A stretch of DNA of 64,000 nt from an uncultured Hyphomicrobiales bacterium (GCA_964650885.1 CAZYXG010000001.1:161986-225985); one strand, 5' to 3'. Counted from the stretch's first letter, positions 18,810 to 29,089 are shown. The notes: generated from the sequence alone by a model not told the origin. Program-made: numbers and translations.

Positions 18810-20852
18810 TTATTTTTTAACTTCTTGCTCGACAAGAATTCTAACTGTGCGGCAATAAAAGCGACCTTCTGGATAGAAATTATCATATAAAAGTGACCTT
18901 TCACCAATACCTTCAACTTGTGCATTTGATAAATTTAATCGCTTGGAAACAGCATTTGCTCTTTCTTCAGATATTCTTTGATTAATTTTTTGTTCACCTT
19001 TAGCATCTGTATATCCATAGATATAGACTTTTGCATTTTCTTCAATTCTATCTTTTACGAAATCCACAACCTCTTTATGTTCTTTGCCTAAACTTGATTT
19101 TCCATAATCAAAAAGTATTAAACTGTAATATTCAAATTGTTTATCATCTTGTTTTTCAAGTCTTTTCTTTTCAACGGTTAACTGCTCCAACTTGATATTT
19201 CTTTTCCCAATGTTTGTAGTGTTTCCGAGTTCATCTTCAACTTGAAAAGTATAAACAATTGGTTGGTTTATATTTATACTTTTATTTTTAGAATCTTGTT
19301 CAAATGTCCATTCAAAATTATTAGGTGGCAAACCAGAATTGCTTATGTTTTGCAAGACACTATTGCCTTGTGAAATATTGAATTTATAATTTTGAATATT
19401 GAGTTTTGATTCAATTTGAGGTTTAAACCTAAATTTAGACTTATTTATTTGTCTAAGAGTATCAATTGTAATCACTGGTTTGATAATGTTTTCATTTTTA
19501 CAAGCAATTTCAACTCGCATATTTTCTTGTTGCGATGTGATTGTATCAGATTTGGACTCATCTTCAGGTAAATTTCTTGCTTCAATTTTTATATCTTCTT
19601 CTGGTATCTGCCAAACAGATGTTAAATAGTTTTTAACAGTTTGAGCTCTATCTCTGGATAACTCTTTATTACCCTTTTCATCTCTTAAATTTGCATTACA
19701 GCCAATAAGTGTGATTTGTGAAGGTTCATCTTTTAAACGTTTGCCAATAATGTTCAAAACGTGATAATAAGTACCGAGTGCATCATAGTTTTGCAAATCT
19801 TTAAGCTTAAAATTATTAACTTCTTTTTCATTCAAAAGGTTATATCTATTTGGTAACTTAGCTGAATTCTCTTCAAAGAAAATGTAATTCAATAATGGAC
19901 GCATATTTAAAGAAACAAAATCTTCAATCTTAATTTGTGGATTTTCTTTTTCATTGCCATTACTATCTACTTCTACTACTTTCATATCAACTTTCAAAGT
20001 TGGCGGACTTTTGGGCATAGGCAACTTATCAAGAAAAGGAGGAAATGCAGGAGGAGGAGGTGGTGGTGGTGGTGTTGAAGGAGTACGATACTTAAAACCT
20101 AATCCAAGTCTTATTGCAGAATAACTCCAATTTACATCTGCTAAATTTGTAAAGTTATAGTTAAATCTTATGTTTGGAACTAAAAACAAATTATTCTTTT
20201 TAGACATTCTTAGTTCATAAGCAACTCCAATATTTACACCAACTCCTAAAAAGTTAGCCGTTGGTATTGAGCCATTGAAATAATTTCTTTCTCTACCTCC
20301 TTCTTTAAAAGTACCTCTATCTACTGGATCAATCACTACCTCTTTTTGAGAAAAATAACTACTCACTAGCATAGAAAAATTCAAACCAGCACTTAAAAAA
20401 AGTCTTTTATCGTTGATCGGCTTCCAGCTATAGTTTGGATTGATGTTTATCTGGCTTATTTTTGTGAATAATTGATGTTCAAACATACCATTGACAGTAT
20501 TTCCATCTATAATTACTGGCACCAACTCTTGTGCTTTGAAAAAACCATCAAAAGTACTATAATCAGCTCTTATCTGAATTTCCGATTTGTAATTCAATGG
20601 GTGATCATAAGTAGCACCAAATGAAATTCCATTGCCTAATATATTTGAAAATCCTATGCAGCAATTATTTACATCAACAAATTTCTTAAAGTTTGCGTAA
20701 TGATTTAGTAAATCATAACTCCCAGATAAGCCATAACGTGGCTTTAAATCGTTTGTATCAATTAGATTATTACTTTTTTCTTTGGCTACTGTGTTTGTAA
20801 ACAAAGTTAAAAGTAAAAATATTTTTAAAAATATTAGATTTTTTTTCGACAT
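18810..20852 (-). CDS. Outer-membrane beta-barrel + poly-Pro linker + two OmpA-like domains
   Basis: Signal peptide from MSKKNLIFLK (ATG 20852), barrel ending IRLGLGFKY, then TPPPPPPPPAFPP. OmpA-like motifs NKELSRDRA...ENMRVE and GYTD...ISEERA...RTV. Confidence 0.8.
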   Translation of the reverse strand: MSKKNLIFLKIFLLLTLFTNTVAKEKSNNLIDTNDLKPRYGLSGSYDLLNHYANFKKFVDVNNCCIGFSNILGNGISFGATYDHPLNYKSEIQIRADYSTFDGFFKAQELVPVIIDGNTVNGMFEHQLFTKISQININPNYSWKPINDKRLFLSAGLNFSMLVSSYFSQKEVVIDPVDRGTFKEGGRERNYFNGSIPTANFLGVGVNIGVAYELRMSKKNNLFLVPNIRFNYNFTNLADVNWSYSAIRLGLGFKYRTPSTPPPPPPPPAFPPFLDKLPMPKSPPTLKVDMKVVEVDSNGNEKENPQIKIEDFVSLNMRPLLNYIFFEENSAKLPNRYNLLNEKEVNNFKLKDLQNYDALGTYYHVLNIIGKRLKDEPSQITLIGCNANLRDEKGNKELSRDRAQTVKNYLTSVWQIPEEDIKIEARNLPEDESKSDTITSQQENMRVEIACKNENIIKPVITIDTLRQINKSKFRFKPQIESKLNIQNYKFNISQGNSVLQNISNSGLPPNNFEWTFEQDSKNKSININQPIVYTFQVEDELGNTTNIGKRNIKLEQLTVEKKRLEKQDDKQFEYYSLILFDYGKSSLGKEHKEVVDFVKDRIEENAKVYIYGYTDAKGEQKINQRISEERANAVSKRLNLSNAQVEGIGERSLLYDNFYPEGRFYCRTVRILVEQEVKK

Positions 20853-20951
20853 TTCTTTATCGTAAATGAACTTATGCTTATATTGTAAATTAAGATAGTT
20901 CAATTTCTGTACCAAAACAAATCTCTCAACAATTAATTTACTTAGAAAGTT

Positions 20952-22181
20952 ATGAAATTTTCATTTATTTCCAAAACATTCATTTTCATTTGTTTAATTT
21001 CAAGTATTGCAAATTCTCAAATATCTAAAGATAAAGGCGTTTTCAGGGAATCTTCCAATCCTATGATAGATTCAATTATGAAAATATTGAATAAAAAAGA
21101 TACTGAAAATAAGAAAAAATTGAAGTTTAGTGTTGATTTATCAAAAATGAATTTGCCTCAATCTGAAAATGATTTTCAACAAGCTTGGCATTTGCCTCCT
21201 GTTTCTCAAGGAAATACTGGCACTTGTTGGTGCTATTCAACTACTTCACTTATTGAAGCTGAAATAAAAAGACAAACAAACAAAGAAATTAAAATTTCTG
21301 AAATGTTTACAGTTTATTGGGAATATATAGAAAAAACTAAAGAGTTTGTAAAAACTCGTGGTGTTTCAACTTTTGGGGAAGGTTCTCAAGCTAATTCTGT
21401 AACAAACATAATGTCAAATTATGGAGCTGTCCCCTTCGATGCTTTTAATGGTAATGCAAAAAATACTGTTTTCCCAGACCATAACAAGTTAGTAGGGGAA
21501 ATGACTACTTTTTTAAATTCAATTAAAACTCAAAACAATTGGAACGAAGAATTAGTTGTATCTACAATTAAGTCTATATTGAATAATTACTTAGGCGTTC
21601 CACCAACTGAGTTCAATTATAATGGAAAAACATTCACGCCTAAAACTTTTTTAAGTAATGAATTAAAACTTAAACCATCTGAATATGTCAACATTTATTC
21701 TTTGAAAGATGATGAATTTTGGGCGAACACAGAATACAAGGCTGCTGATAACTGGTGGCACAGCAAAGAATACTACAACGTACCAATGAATGATTGGTAT
21801 CAAGCATTGCTAAAAGCAGTTAAAGAAGGATACACTTTCACAATTGGTGGTGATGTTTCTGAAGCAGGAATAGATGGAAATACTGATGTAGCTATTGTTC
21901 CAAGTTTCGACATTCCATCTGATTACATAGACGATGATGCTAAACAGTTTAGAGTGGCAAATGGCACAACTACAGATGACCACGGTGTGCATGTAGTTGG
22001 TTATAAACGAATCGACAATAAAGACTGGTTTTTAATTAAAGATTCTGGTAGTAGTGGATTCAATGGTAAAGCTAAGGGTTATTACTATTTTAATGAAGAT
22101 TTTATTAAACTAAAAATGATGTATTTCACAGTTCACGAATCGGCAGTGAAATATTTATTCGACAAGAAAAAAGGTTTATAG
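20952..22181 (+). CDS. Secreted C1 family cysteine (amino)peptidase
   Basis: QGNTGTCWCYS, DDHGVHVVG and IKDS motifs, plus a signal peptide. Confidence 0.88.
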   Translation: MKFSFISKTFIFICLISSIANSQISKDKGVFRESSNPMIDSIMKILNKKDTENKKKLKFSVDLSKMNLPQSENDFQQAWHLPPVSQGNTGTCWCYSTTSLIEAEIKRQTNKEIKISEMFTVYWEYIEKTKEFVKTRGVSTFGEGSQANSVTNIMSNYGAVPFDAFNGNAKNTVFPDHNKLVGEMTTFLNSIKTQNNWNEELVVSTIKSILNNYLGVPPTEFNYNGKTFTPKTFLSNELKLKPSEYVNIYSLKDDEFWANTEYKAADNWWHSKEYYNVPMNDWYQALLKAVKEGYTFTIGGDVSEAGIDGNTDVAIVPSFDIPSDYIDDDAKQFRVANGTTTDDHGVHVVGYKRIDNKDWFLIKDSGSSGFNGKAKGYYYFNEDFIKLKMMYFTVHESAVKYLFDKKKGL

Positions 22182-22189
22182 GTACAATT

Positions 22190-22834
22190 ATGTTGACTCT
22201 TTCAGAAGAATTAATGCTCTTGGCTGTTAATGATGACAAAGGACACTTTATCCTTTCTGCAACATCTGATCTACCTTATGGCATTGCTGCTAGTTTAGTT
22301 TTAGAATTAAATTACAGAGAAATTATTCAGATAAATGAAAAAGGATATATTGAATTAATACAAGATACTAAAACTGATATTGATTTTTTAGATTTTGCAA
22401 TTAATTTAATTAGACGAACAAAAAAGCAAAAAGATTGTGAATTTTGGATTAGAAGTTTTGCTTTGGAATACAAAATATTTAAAGAACAAATTATAGAAAA
22501 TCTTGTTCTTAAAGGTATTTTGAAAAGAAATGCTAAAAAGTTTTTGTTTTTAATTGATTTTAATAAATATCCTACTTTGAATCCTGCACCTGAGCTCGAA
22601 ACTAGAGATAAGATTCATAAAGTTGTATTGATGGGTATTCAACCAGACAAAAAAATCTATGATTTAATTGTGTTGCTTTATTGTTGCAATTTGGTTGATG
22701 AAGTATTTCCCAAAAGTTTAAGAAAATCAGCACAAAAGTTCATAAAAGGAATTACTGAAAATTCTACATTAGGAAAACTAATAAAGAATATTTCTTCTGA
22801 AATGAATTTCACTGTAATGAGTAGTGTTTCTTAA
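22190..22834 (+). CDS. GPP34 (Golgi phosphoprotein 3-like) family protein
   Basis: LTLSEELMLLA start, A-x-L-x-EL, LVxKGIL and K-x-LF...KYP patterns typical of bacterial GPP34. Confidence 0.78.
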   Translation: MLTLSEELMLLAVNDDKGHFILSATSDLPYGIAASLVLELNYREIIQINEKGYIELIQDTKTDIDFLDFAINLIRRTKKQKDCEFWIRSFALEYKIFKEQIIENLVLKGILKRNAKKFLFLIDFNKYPTLNPAPELETRDKIHKVVLMGIQPDKKIYDLIVLLYCCNLVDEVFPKSLRKSAQKFIKGITENSTLGKLIKNISSEMNFTVMSSVS

Positions 22835-23436
22835 GCTAAAATAGAACTATCCCAAGTGTCTTTATAAAAATTAGTTTCAAAAGGTTTCCTTGTTCTAATT
22901 TTATTTTCACCTTCGTGGTAACTTTCATCTAAAACTTCAATATCTCCAGGATACCCAATAGCAATCATTGCCATTGAAGTTACATCTGTAGGGACATTAA
23001 ATACTTCTTTTAGCTTGTCGGCAGAATAACCGCCCATTTGGTGTGCTTGCAATCCCATTGAAGCAGCTTGGATACAAATACTATTTGCAGCTGCTCCAGT
23101 ATCGTATTCAGCCCAACGATTATCTTTATCGCCTTCTCTAAATTTACTAACTGCAAAAGATGCAATTATAACTGGTGCTGTTCTCACCCATTTCTGATTC
23201 CATTCGCCAAGGCAATCAAATGCTTTTTGGTATGCTTCATTATTATCATTTTTATCCCAAACGATAAAACGCCATGGTTCATCATTAAAACAGCTAGGAG
23301 ACCAACGAGCTGCTTCAAGTAAACTCATTATATAAGAACGTAAAACGGGCTTTTGAATATCAAAAGCCCGAATACTTTTTCTTTTAGCTAAAGTTTCTGT
23401 AATTTCAAATTGAACAGGAGCTAAAACATTTTGCAT
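22831..23436 (-). CDS. Nitroreductase family protein
   Basis: RKSIRAF, AARWSPSCFNDEPWRF, YDTGAA and AIGYPG motifs. Confidence 0.92.
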   Translation of the reverse strand: MQNVLAPVQFEITETLAKRKSIRAFDIQKPVLRSYIMSLLEAARWSPSCFNDEPWRFIVWDKNDNNEAYQKAFDCLGEWNQKWVRTAPVIIASFAVSKFREGDKDNRWAEYDTGAAANSICIQAASMGLQAHQMGGYSADKLKEVFNVPTDVTSMAMIAIGYPGDIEVLDESYHEGENKIRTRKPFETNFYKDTWDSSILA

Positions 23437-23451
23437 TTATTTATTTACTTT

Positions 23452-26400
23452 TTATTTCACAATTGATATCTTTCTAACGAAAGTTTCTTCGTTTAATTGC
23501 AACATTAGGAAATAAACTCCTGAATTAAACTTAGCAATATCTATTGTTACTTTTTGATTTACAGATGCTTTACCAATGAAATAAACTCCCATTTCGTTAC
23601 CGTTTGCAGACAACATAGAAACTTTAACATTAGCTTCATTAGTCAAATTTAAACCTAATGAAAGTTCGTTATTGTTTTGTTCAATTGTTGTAAGTGTTTC
23701 ATCAATATCTCTAACACTTGTTCTAGGAGTCACAGTAACTACAGCTTCAATTGTAGAATCTAAAGAAGGACAGTCACCTGTTCTTTCTATTAAGCATTTG
23801 TATTTACCAGCGTCTGCCATAACAGCACCAACTTGTAAAGATTTACCAGTTTTCCCAGCAATAATTTGCCCATTTTTCAACCAAGAATAATTATCAACAA
23901 CACCACTATGGTCGAAACTAATAGTAACAAGAGTTCCTTCTTCTGTTGTAGCATTTACTAATTGAGTAGTTACGGCTATTTTTGGAGATACACTTAGCTT
24001 GAATTTTGGTGAATTTGCATTTGGAGCACAAGCACCAACTACTGCAACTTCATAATCACCAGCCATCAAAGGACTAGCCGCATTTACAGTTAAAGTTGCC
24101 GAAGTAGCACTTGGTACAATTTGACCATCTTTCTTCCAAATAAAGCTTCCAGTTCCATTGCTTGCATTTGCAATAATTTGAACTGGCTGACCTTCGCAAA
24201 CTATGGCATTAGTTGTACTTGAAGCAGTAGAAGTAAAGTTAATAAAAACAGGAGTTGCTTGTACAATAAAATTTCCAGAATTAGAAGACAAACCACTCTT
24301 GTTTACAACTCTAATATAGTAATCTCCTGCTGGAATATTTGCAGGAATTGACCATTTAGAAGAATTACCAGTTTCTACTTTATCAATGTAAGTGAAATTA
24401 GTTGTATTTTTTAGTGCATAATAAAGTTCTAATCCACCAACAATGTTTTGACTTGTCCAATTTATTTGGATATCAGTGCCTGCACAAACTTTTTGACCAT
24501 TGTTTGGAGAACTTGTAGTTAGAGTTCCAAAAGTATATTTAGAAATGAATGCATTTGGTGTAGTGTTTCCAACTGTTGCACTTGAAACACCAATCATATT
24601 TCCAGAAGTAGTATTTCCAGCTAAATAAATATCTCCAGTTGCATCAATTGCAAAAGAAGATATAACATCATCACCAATACCACCAAATAAAGAAGAATTT
24701 GCTAATGAAGTACCAGCATTATTCATTTCAAGATAGAATGCATCATCGCCACCGCTGTGTTTACGAGAAGCCATTCCAGCTACAGGAAAATCTGCGGATT
24801 GAGTTTTACCAGAAATTGAAATTACTTGCGTTACAGGATTTAATATTGCTGATGTAGGAACATCATCGGATGTACCACCTGCAAAGGTATTGAAAATCAA
24901 GTTTTGTCTAAAAGCTGAAGGATTACCAAAACCACCTAAATTAACTTTTATAATATTTGTCATTTTGCCAATGAAAACATCAAAACCACCTTTATTTGTT
25001 TGTTGGTATGAACCATTTGATTTAGGGAACATAACGGTTGTTTCTTTTTTAGTATATCCAACTATATAAGGTTGGCCATCAGTACCATTGAAACCAGCAA
25101 CACCAAAATCATCTTCTGAACCACCATAAAATGTTGCAAATACTACAGTGTTACCAGAATTATCAATTTTTACTAAGAATGCATCCCAATTACCATTATG
25201 ACCAATATCATAAGATCTATCAGGTGTAGTGCCACCACTATTTGGAAAAACAGGAAAATCTGTTGATTTAGTTGAACCAGATAACAATATATCTCCAGTA
25301 GCATCAACAGAAATACCATTTACAACATCTTCTTCAAGTCCACCGATAAATGAACTAAAGTCATAACTTGTCCCAGCTTCATTGATTTTTGTATAAAAAC
25401 CATCACCGTTGTTTTTATAAGTAGAGTATTTAGCAAATTTTATAGGAAAATCAGACGATCTAGTTTGTCCAACTATAAATACGTTTCTTCCTCTTAAAGT
25501 CATAGACATAGCGTAATCATCATTGCTTCCAGTAATCAAACCACTATAATCAATTCCTGAAAAATTCTTTTTGAATTTTGTAACAAAGACATCTCTTTGT
25601 GCTTTATAAACCGAACCAAAACCTTTTACAATAGGATAATCTGATGAATTTGTATTACCACCAACATAAATATTGTCATCAGCGTCCATTTTAATGCCGA
25701 TAGTCTTATCTTCGCCAGCACCACCCAAATATGTTGAATAAGTTAATTGGTATTGACCAACTTTAACATCATACCTATGAATGTATGAATCAATCATTGA
25801 GCTATAAATATTTTGGTATGCACCTGTCGTAGTTGTAAAATTAGAAGAACTTGTCCAACCTGTCACTAAAAAGGCAGTATCTGCTAAGTTCAAGATAGAA
25901 GTAGCTTCTTGATCGCCATTACCGTTTAAAATAGATGTTGTAATAATTGGATCAATGATTAGTTTTTTAGTTTTGTCATAATTTCCAAGCTCAAATGCAA
26001 TGCTGTTTCCATTTTGTATTACAAATTTAGAATCAACCTTAGTGTTTGTAAATGATTTCAAATCACCGTGAGTCAAATTTCCAAATTTAGTAGTTAAATT
26101 TAATTCACCATTACTAGCTATTTGAATAGCATCAGCACCATTGAACTGTAATTGAATTTCTTTTGGATTAGCTCCTTTATTCACTTCAAAATCATATCTA
26201 AGTTTTCCATTATCAAAATAGAATTTCACATCAATTCCATTCCAAGTGTTTTTAAGGTATGTAACTTCATATTCTTTAACATCAGTAACCCATTTTTTAG
26301 AGTCACTTCCAATGAAATAGTTTCTTTTTGTGGGTGAAGCAGATGATTTATCTACTACAAATTCAGGATTGTTTGAATTTTGGAAATTCATTGCAACAAC

Positions 26401-26628
26401 TTGACCAGTCTTTACGCCATTTTCGATTTGACTTAAGTTATAATAAAGTCCAGTTTTAGTTAGATAAACTTCGTAACCTTTTGCTTTTGAGTAGAACAAA
26501 ACATTAGCTGGATATTGTCCCTTATTTTCAATGAATTTGCAATCATACTGAACATTATTATTTTCAAATGAATACAAATTGAATGAGAAACTGATTAAGA
26601 AAAGAAAAAGTAATTTGAAATTTTTCAT
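23452..26628 (-). CDS. Secreted SBBP-repeat beta-propeller protein with Ig-like domains and a T9SS type-A sorting domain
   Basis: FIENKGQ N-terminal domain, LIIDP, repeated STYLGG...D / G-T-S-DFP blades, Ig domains (W-K-G...DAGKYKC), and C-terminal SGVYFL...KISIVK. Confidence 0.85.
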   Translation of the reverse strand: MKNFKLLFLFLISFSFNLYSFENNNVQYDCKFIENKGQYPANVLFYSKAKGYEVYLTKTGLYYNLSQIENGVKTGQVVAMNFQNSNNPEFVVDKSSASPTKRNYFIGSDSKKWVTDVKEYEVTYLKNTWNGIDVKFYFDNGKLRYDFEVNKGANPKEIQLQFNGADAIQIASNGELNLTTKFGNLTHGDLKSFTNTKVDSKFVIQNGNSIAFELGNYDKTKKLIIDPIITTSILNGNGDQEATSILNLADTAFLVTGWTSSSNFTTTTGAYQNIYSSMIDSYIHRYDVKVGQYQLTYSTYLGGAGEDKTIGIKMDADDNIYVGGNTNSSDYPIVKGFGSVYKAQRDVFVTKFKKNFSGIDYSGLITGSNDDYAMSMTLRGRNVFIVGQTRSSDFPIKFAKYSTYKNNGDGFYTKINEAGTSYDFSSFIGGLEEDVVNGISVDATGDILLSGSTKSTDFPVFPNSGGTTPDRSYDIGHNGNWDAFLVKIDNSGNTVVFATFYGGSEDDFGVAGFNGTDGQPYIVGYTKKETTVMFPKSNGSYQQTNKGGFDVFIGKMTNIIKVNLGGFGNPSAFRQNLIFNTFAGGTSDDVPTSAILNPVTQVISISGKTQSADFPVAGMASRKHSGGDDAFYLEMNNAGTSLANSSLFGGIGDDVISSFAIDATGDIYLAGNTTSGNMIGVSSATVGNTTPNAFISKYTFGTLTTSSPNNGQKVCAGTDIQINWTSQNIVGGLELYYALKNTTNFTYIDKVETGNSSKWSIPANIPAGDYYIRVVNKSGLSSNSGNFIVQATPVFINFTSTASSTTNAIVCEGQPVQIIANASNGTGSFIWKKDGQIVPSATSATLTVNAASPLMAGDYEVAVVGACAPNANSPKFKLSVSPKIAVTTQLVNATTEEGTLVTISFDHSGVVDNYSWLKNGQIIAGKTGKSLQVGAVMADAGKYKCLIERTGDCPSLDSTIEAVVTVTPRTSVRDIDETLTTIEQNNNELSLGLNLTNEANVKVSMLSANGNEMGVYFIGKASVNQKVTIDIAKFNSGVYFLMLQLNEETFVRKISIVK

Positions 26629-26684
26629 AAAGTGCCTTTTTGTGTTAATTTATTTTTCTAAAATTAATAAAATTAACTCAATTT

Positions 26685-27788
26685 TCACACTAAATTTATT
26701 CCATTTTTAAGAATTTCTTTAACGTCTAGGAAATCTTGCGGTAAATTAGATTCAATTCTAATAGTTTCTTTTGAAACAGGATGGCGAAAAGTTAGTACTC
26801 TTGCATGTAATAACTGTCTGTGGGTTTGTGCTAAAGCATCTAAAGCTATTTTTTTCAAACGAGGATTGTTGTGGCTTACATTTAGCTTATCGCCACCATA
26901 AGTAATATCACCAAAAACAGGATGTCCATTATGGCTCATGTGAACTCTGATCTGATGAGTGCGACCAGTTTGCAGTTTCAACTTAACTAACGAAGCAAAT
27001 TCATATTCTTCCAATACTTCATAGTCTGTTATTGCGTTTTTACCATTCTTTTTTACAATTGCAAATTTTTTTCTGTCATTTGGTGAGCGTCCAATATCTC
27101 CAGTAATTCTGCCATTCGGCTCAGCAAATTTACCCCACACTAATGCGTTGTATTCTCTTGAAATGGATCTATCATAGAACTGTTTTTGCAGGAGTACGTG
27201 AATTTCAGGATTCTTTGCAATTACTAATAATCCTGAAGTATCTTTATCTAATCTATGAACAATACCAGGGCGAACATCAGCACTTGCATAAATCACTCCT
27301 GATTCTGCATCATCTTCATCATCGTCAAATTCTAATTTTATAGCATTTCTTAACCCCAGATGATAAATAATGGCATTCACTAAAGTACCATATCTATTGC
27401 CAACTCCTGGATGAGTACACATACCTGCAGGTTTATTCGCGACCAATAAATATTCGTCCTCATAAAGTATTTCAATTGGAATGTCTTGAGGCAAAAGTTC
27501 AAGTGGAGGAGATTTCATTATTCTACAAACAAGCAAATCGTTTGGTTGTATTTTTCTATTTGCTTTTTTTTCAACTATTCCATTGACAGTCAATCTTCCA
27601 TCATCTATACCCTTTTGAACTTTTGTACGGGAAGCATTTTGAATTGAGCGAGCTAAAAAAGAATCTATTCTTTCTGGCTTTTGTCCTGGAGGAATTTTAA
27701 ACTCAATTACCTTTTCTATATAATCTGGGTAGTAATCAAGCTCTTCGCCAGTTATTGATTTAGAATTTTCTTTTTGTTGCTTTTTCAT
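26685..27788 (-). CDS. rluD: 23S rRNA pseudouridine synthase (RluA/RluD family, S4 domain)
   Basis: NKPAGM, GIVHRLDKDTSG, TGRTHQIRVH and LHA motifs. Confidence 0.9.
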   Translation of the reverse strand: MKKQQKENSKSITGEELDYYPDYIEKVIEFKIPPGQKPERIDSFLARSIQNASRTKVQKGIDDGRLTVNGIVEKKANRKIQPNDLLVCRIMKSPPLELLPQDIPIEILYEDEYLLVANKPAGMCTHPGVGNRYGTLVNAIIYHLGLRNAIKLEFDDDEDDAESGVIYASADVRPGIVHRLDKDTSGLLVIAKNPEIHVLLQKQFYDRSISREYNALVWGKFAEPNGRITGDIGRSPNDRKKFAIVKKNGKNAITDYEVLEEYEFASLVKLKLQTGRTHQIRVHMSHNGHPVFGDITYGGDKLNVSHNNPRLKKIALDALAQTHRQLLHARVLTFRHPVSKETIRIESNLPQDFLDVKEILKNGINLV

Positions 27789-27791
27789 TTA

Positions 27792-28430
27792 TTAATTTAT
27801 TTCGGAGTTTGATTGCTCTTCAATGTTTGAAGAGATTGTAGTTTGTTCTTTTTTAGAAAACAATTTAGGGAAGTCAGGAATATATGTGTTGAAGATGATT
27901 AATAAAACAACTCCAACCGAGACACAAGAATCAGCAACATTGAATACAGGGAAATGTGTGTAATGTAATCCAAGAAAGTTTAAGTCAGGGATATCAACTT
28001 GTATAAAATCAACTACTTTACCATAAAACAAAGGTGACTCACCATAGAACACACCATAAAAAACTCTATCAACTAAATTACCAGTTGCTCCAGCCAAAAT
28101 TAAAGTAAAAGCAATTCTAATAAAAATATTATATCCATTTAACTTTATAAGCAGCCAAACTAACATATAACTAGCAACTATGGAAAAGAGACTTAAAAAT
28201 ATTTTACCAGCTCCAAATTCAATTCCAAATGCCATTCCTGGATTTTCTACAAATGTGATATGTATATATTCGCCAATACCTTTATAGCTATCACCAAGCA
28301 TCATTCCAATATGGCTATAACCAAAAAGATTAAATCCTTTAATGTAAATCTTTGTAAGTTGATCTAATAAAATCAACAAAATAGCAATTGTAAATAGTGC
28401 TAAGTTATATCTATCTTTATTATTATTCAT
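27792..28430 (-). CDS. lspA: Lipoprotein signal peptidase II
   Basis: DQLTK, ENPGMAFG, GATGNLVDR, VVDF and FNVADS motifs. Confidence 0.95.
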   Translation of the reverse strand: MNNNKDRYNLALFTIAILLILLDQLTKIYIKGFNLFGYSHIGMMLGDSYKGIGEYIHITFVENPGMAFGIEFGAGKIFLSLFSIVASYMLVWLLIKLNGYNIFIRIAFTLILAGATGNLVDRVFYGVFYGESPLFYGKVVDFIQVDIPDLNFLGLHYTHFPVFNVADSCVSVGVVLLIIFNTYIPDFPKLFSKKEQTTISSNIEEQSNSEIN

Positions 28431-28469
28431 TAATCATTAATCAAATGTTTTGCATTATCTATAAAAACC

Positions 28470-28503
28470 AAAAAAAGGGACTCTATTGAAGCCCCTTTTT
28501 TTT
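28470..28503. terminator. Probable intrinsic terminator after the dksA-like gene
   Basis: A-run, GGGACT-loop-AGCCCC (imperfect stem), T-run. Confidence 0.6.
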
Positions 28504-28521
28504 AAATTATTCAAATCTTAA

Positions 28522-28998
28522 TTAATTCTTTACAGCTTCAATTTTGTCAAACCCATCTTCTGGGCATCTTCCGTGTATTTTATATGATGCCGACTGAGTT
28601 GTAATTGGCACAGCAATAAGTCTTGGTTTTGCAATTAAAATTCCACATTTAGTACAAATTCCGTAAGATTTGTCTTTAATGCGACCCAATGCTTCGTCAA
28701 GCTTTTTCAAATATTCATTGATTCTTTGAAGCTGAGCATAAGTTTTCTCTTTTTCCACAGCCTCTGAGCCTTGCTCTGCCATGTGCATTGAGTAAATCAT
28801 ACTTTCTTCAGCAGCATCAGAATTATTCAAATCTTCCAAACGCTCTTTTAGCATTTGCAATTCTTCCAAACTTTCTTGTTTGGCTGTTGCTATAATTACT
28901 CTGAATTCTTCAAGTTCTTCATCAGTAAATCTAATTTTATTTTCTGTTTGAGTTGTAACTACAACTTCTTCTTCTTGATTTTCTTTTTTCTTAGGCAT
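28522..28998 (-). CDS. TraR/DksA family transcription factor
   Basis: ELEEFR helix, coiled coil with tip SMHMAEQGSE, and ALGRIKDKSYGICTKCG...RLIAVP. Sits in the ileS-dksA-lspA context. Confidence 0.85.
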   Translation of the reverse strand: MPKKKENQEEEVVVTTQTENKIRFTDEELEEFRVIIATAKQESLEELQMLKERLEDLNNSDAAEESMIYSMHMAEQGSEAVEKEKTYAQLQRINEYLKKLDEALGRIKDKSYGICTKCGILIAKPRLIAVPITTQSASYKIHGRCPEDGFDKIEAVKN

Positions 28999-29089
28999 AA
29001 TTTATTTTCTTTTTCTTTTTCTTCAAAAATATATTGGAATTTAACAAAATTCTAATCAAAACTTCAAACGAAATTTCAAACAAATGAAA

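Noticed and set aside
20050-20073. GGA/GGT trinucleotide run
   Set aside because: It encodes the poly-Pro linker on the minus strand with mixed codons, so it is not a phase-variable tract.
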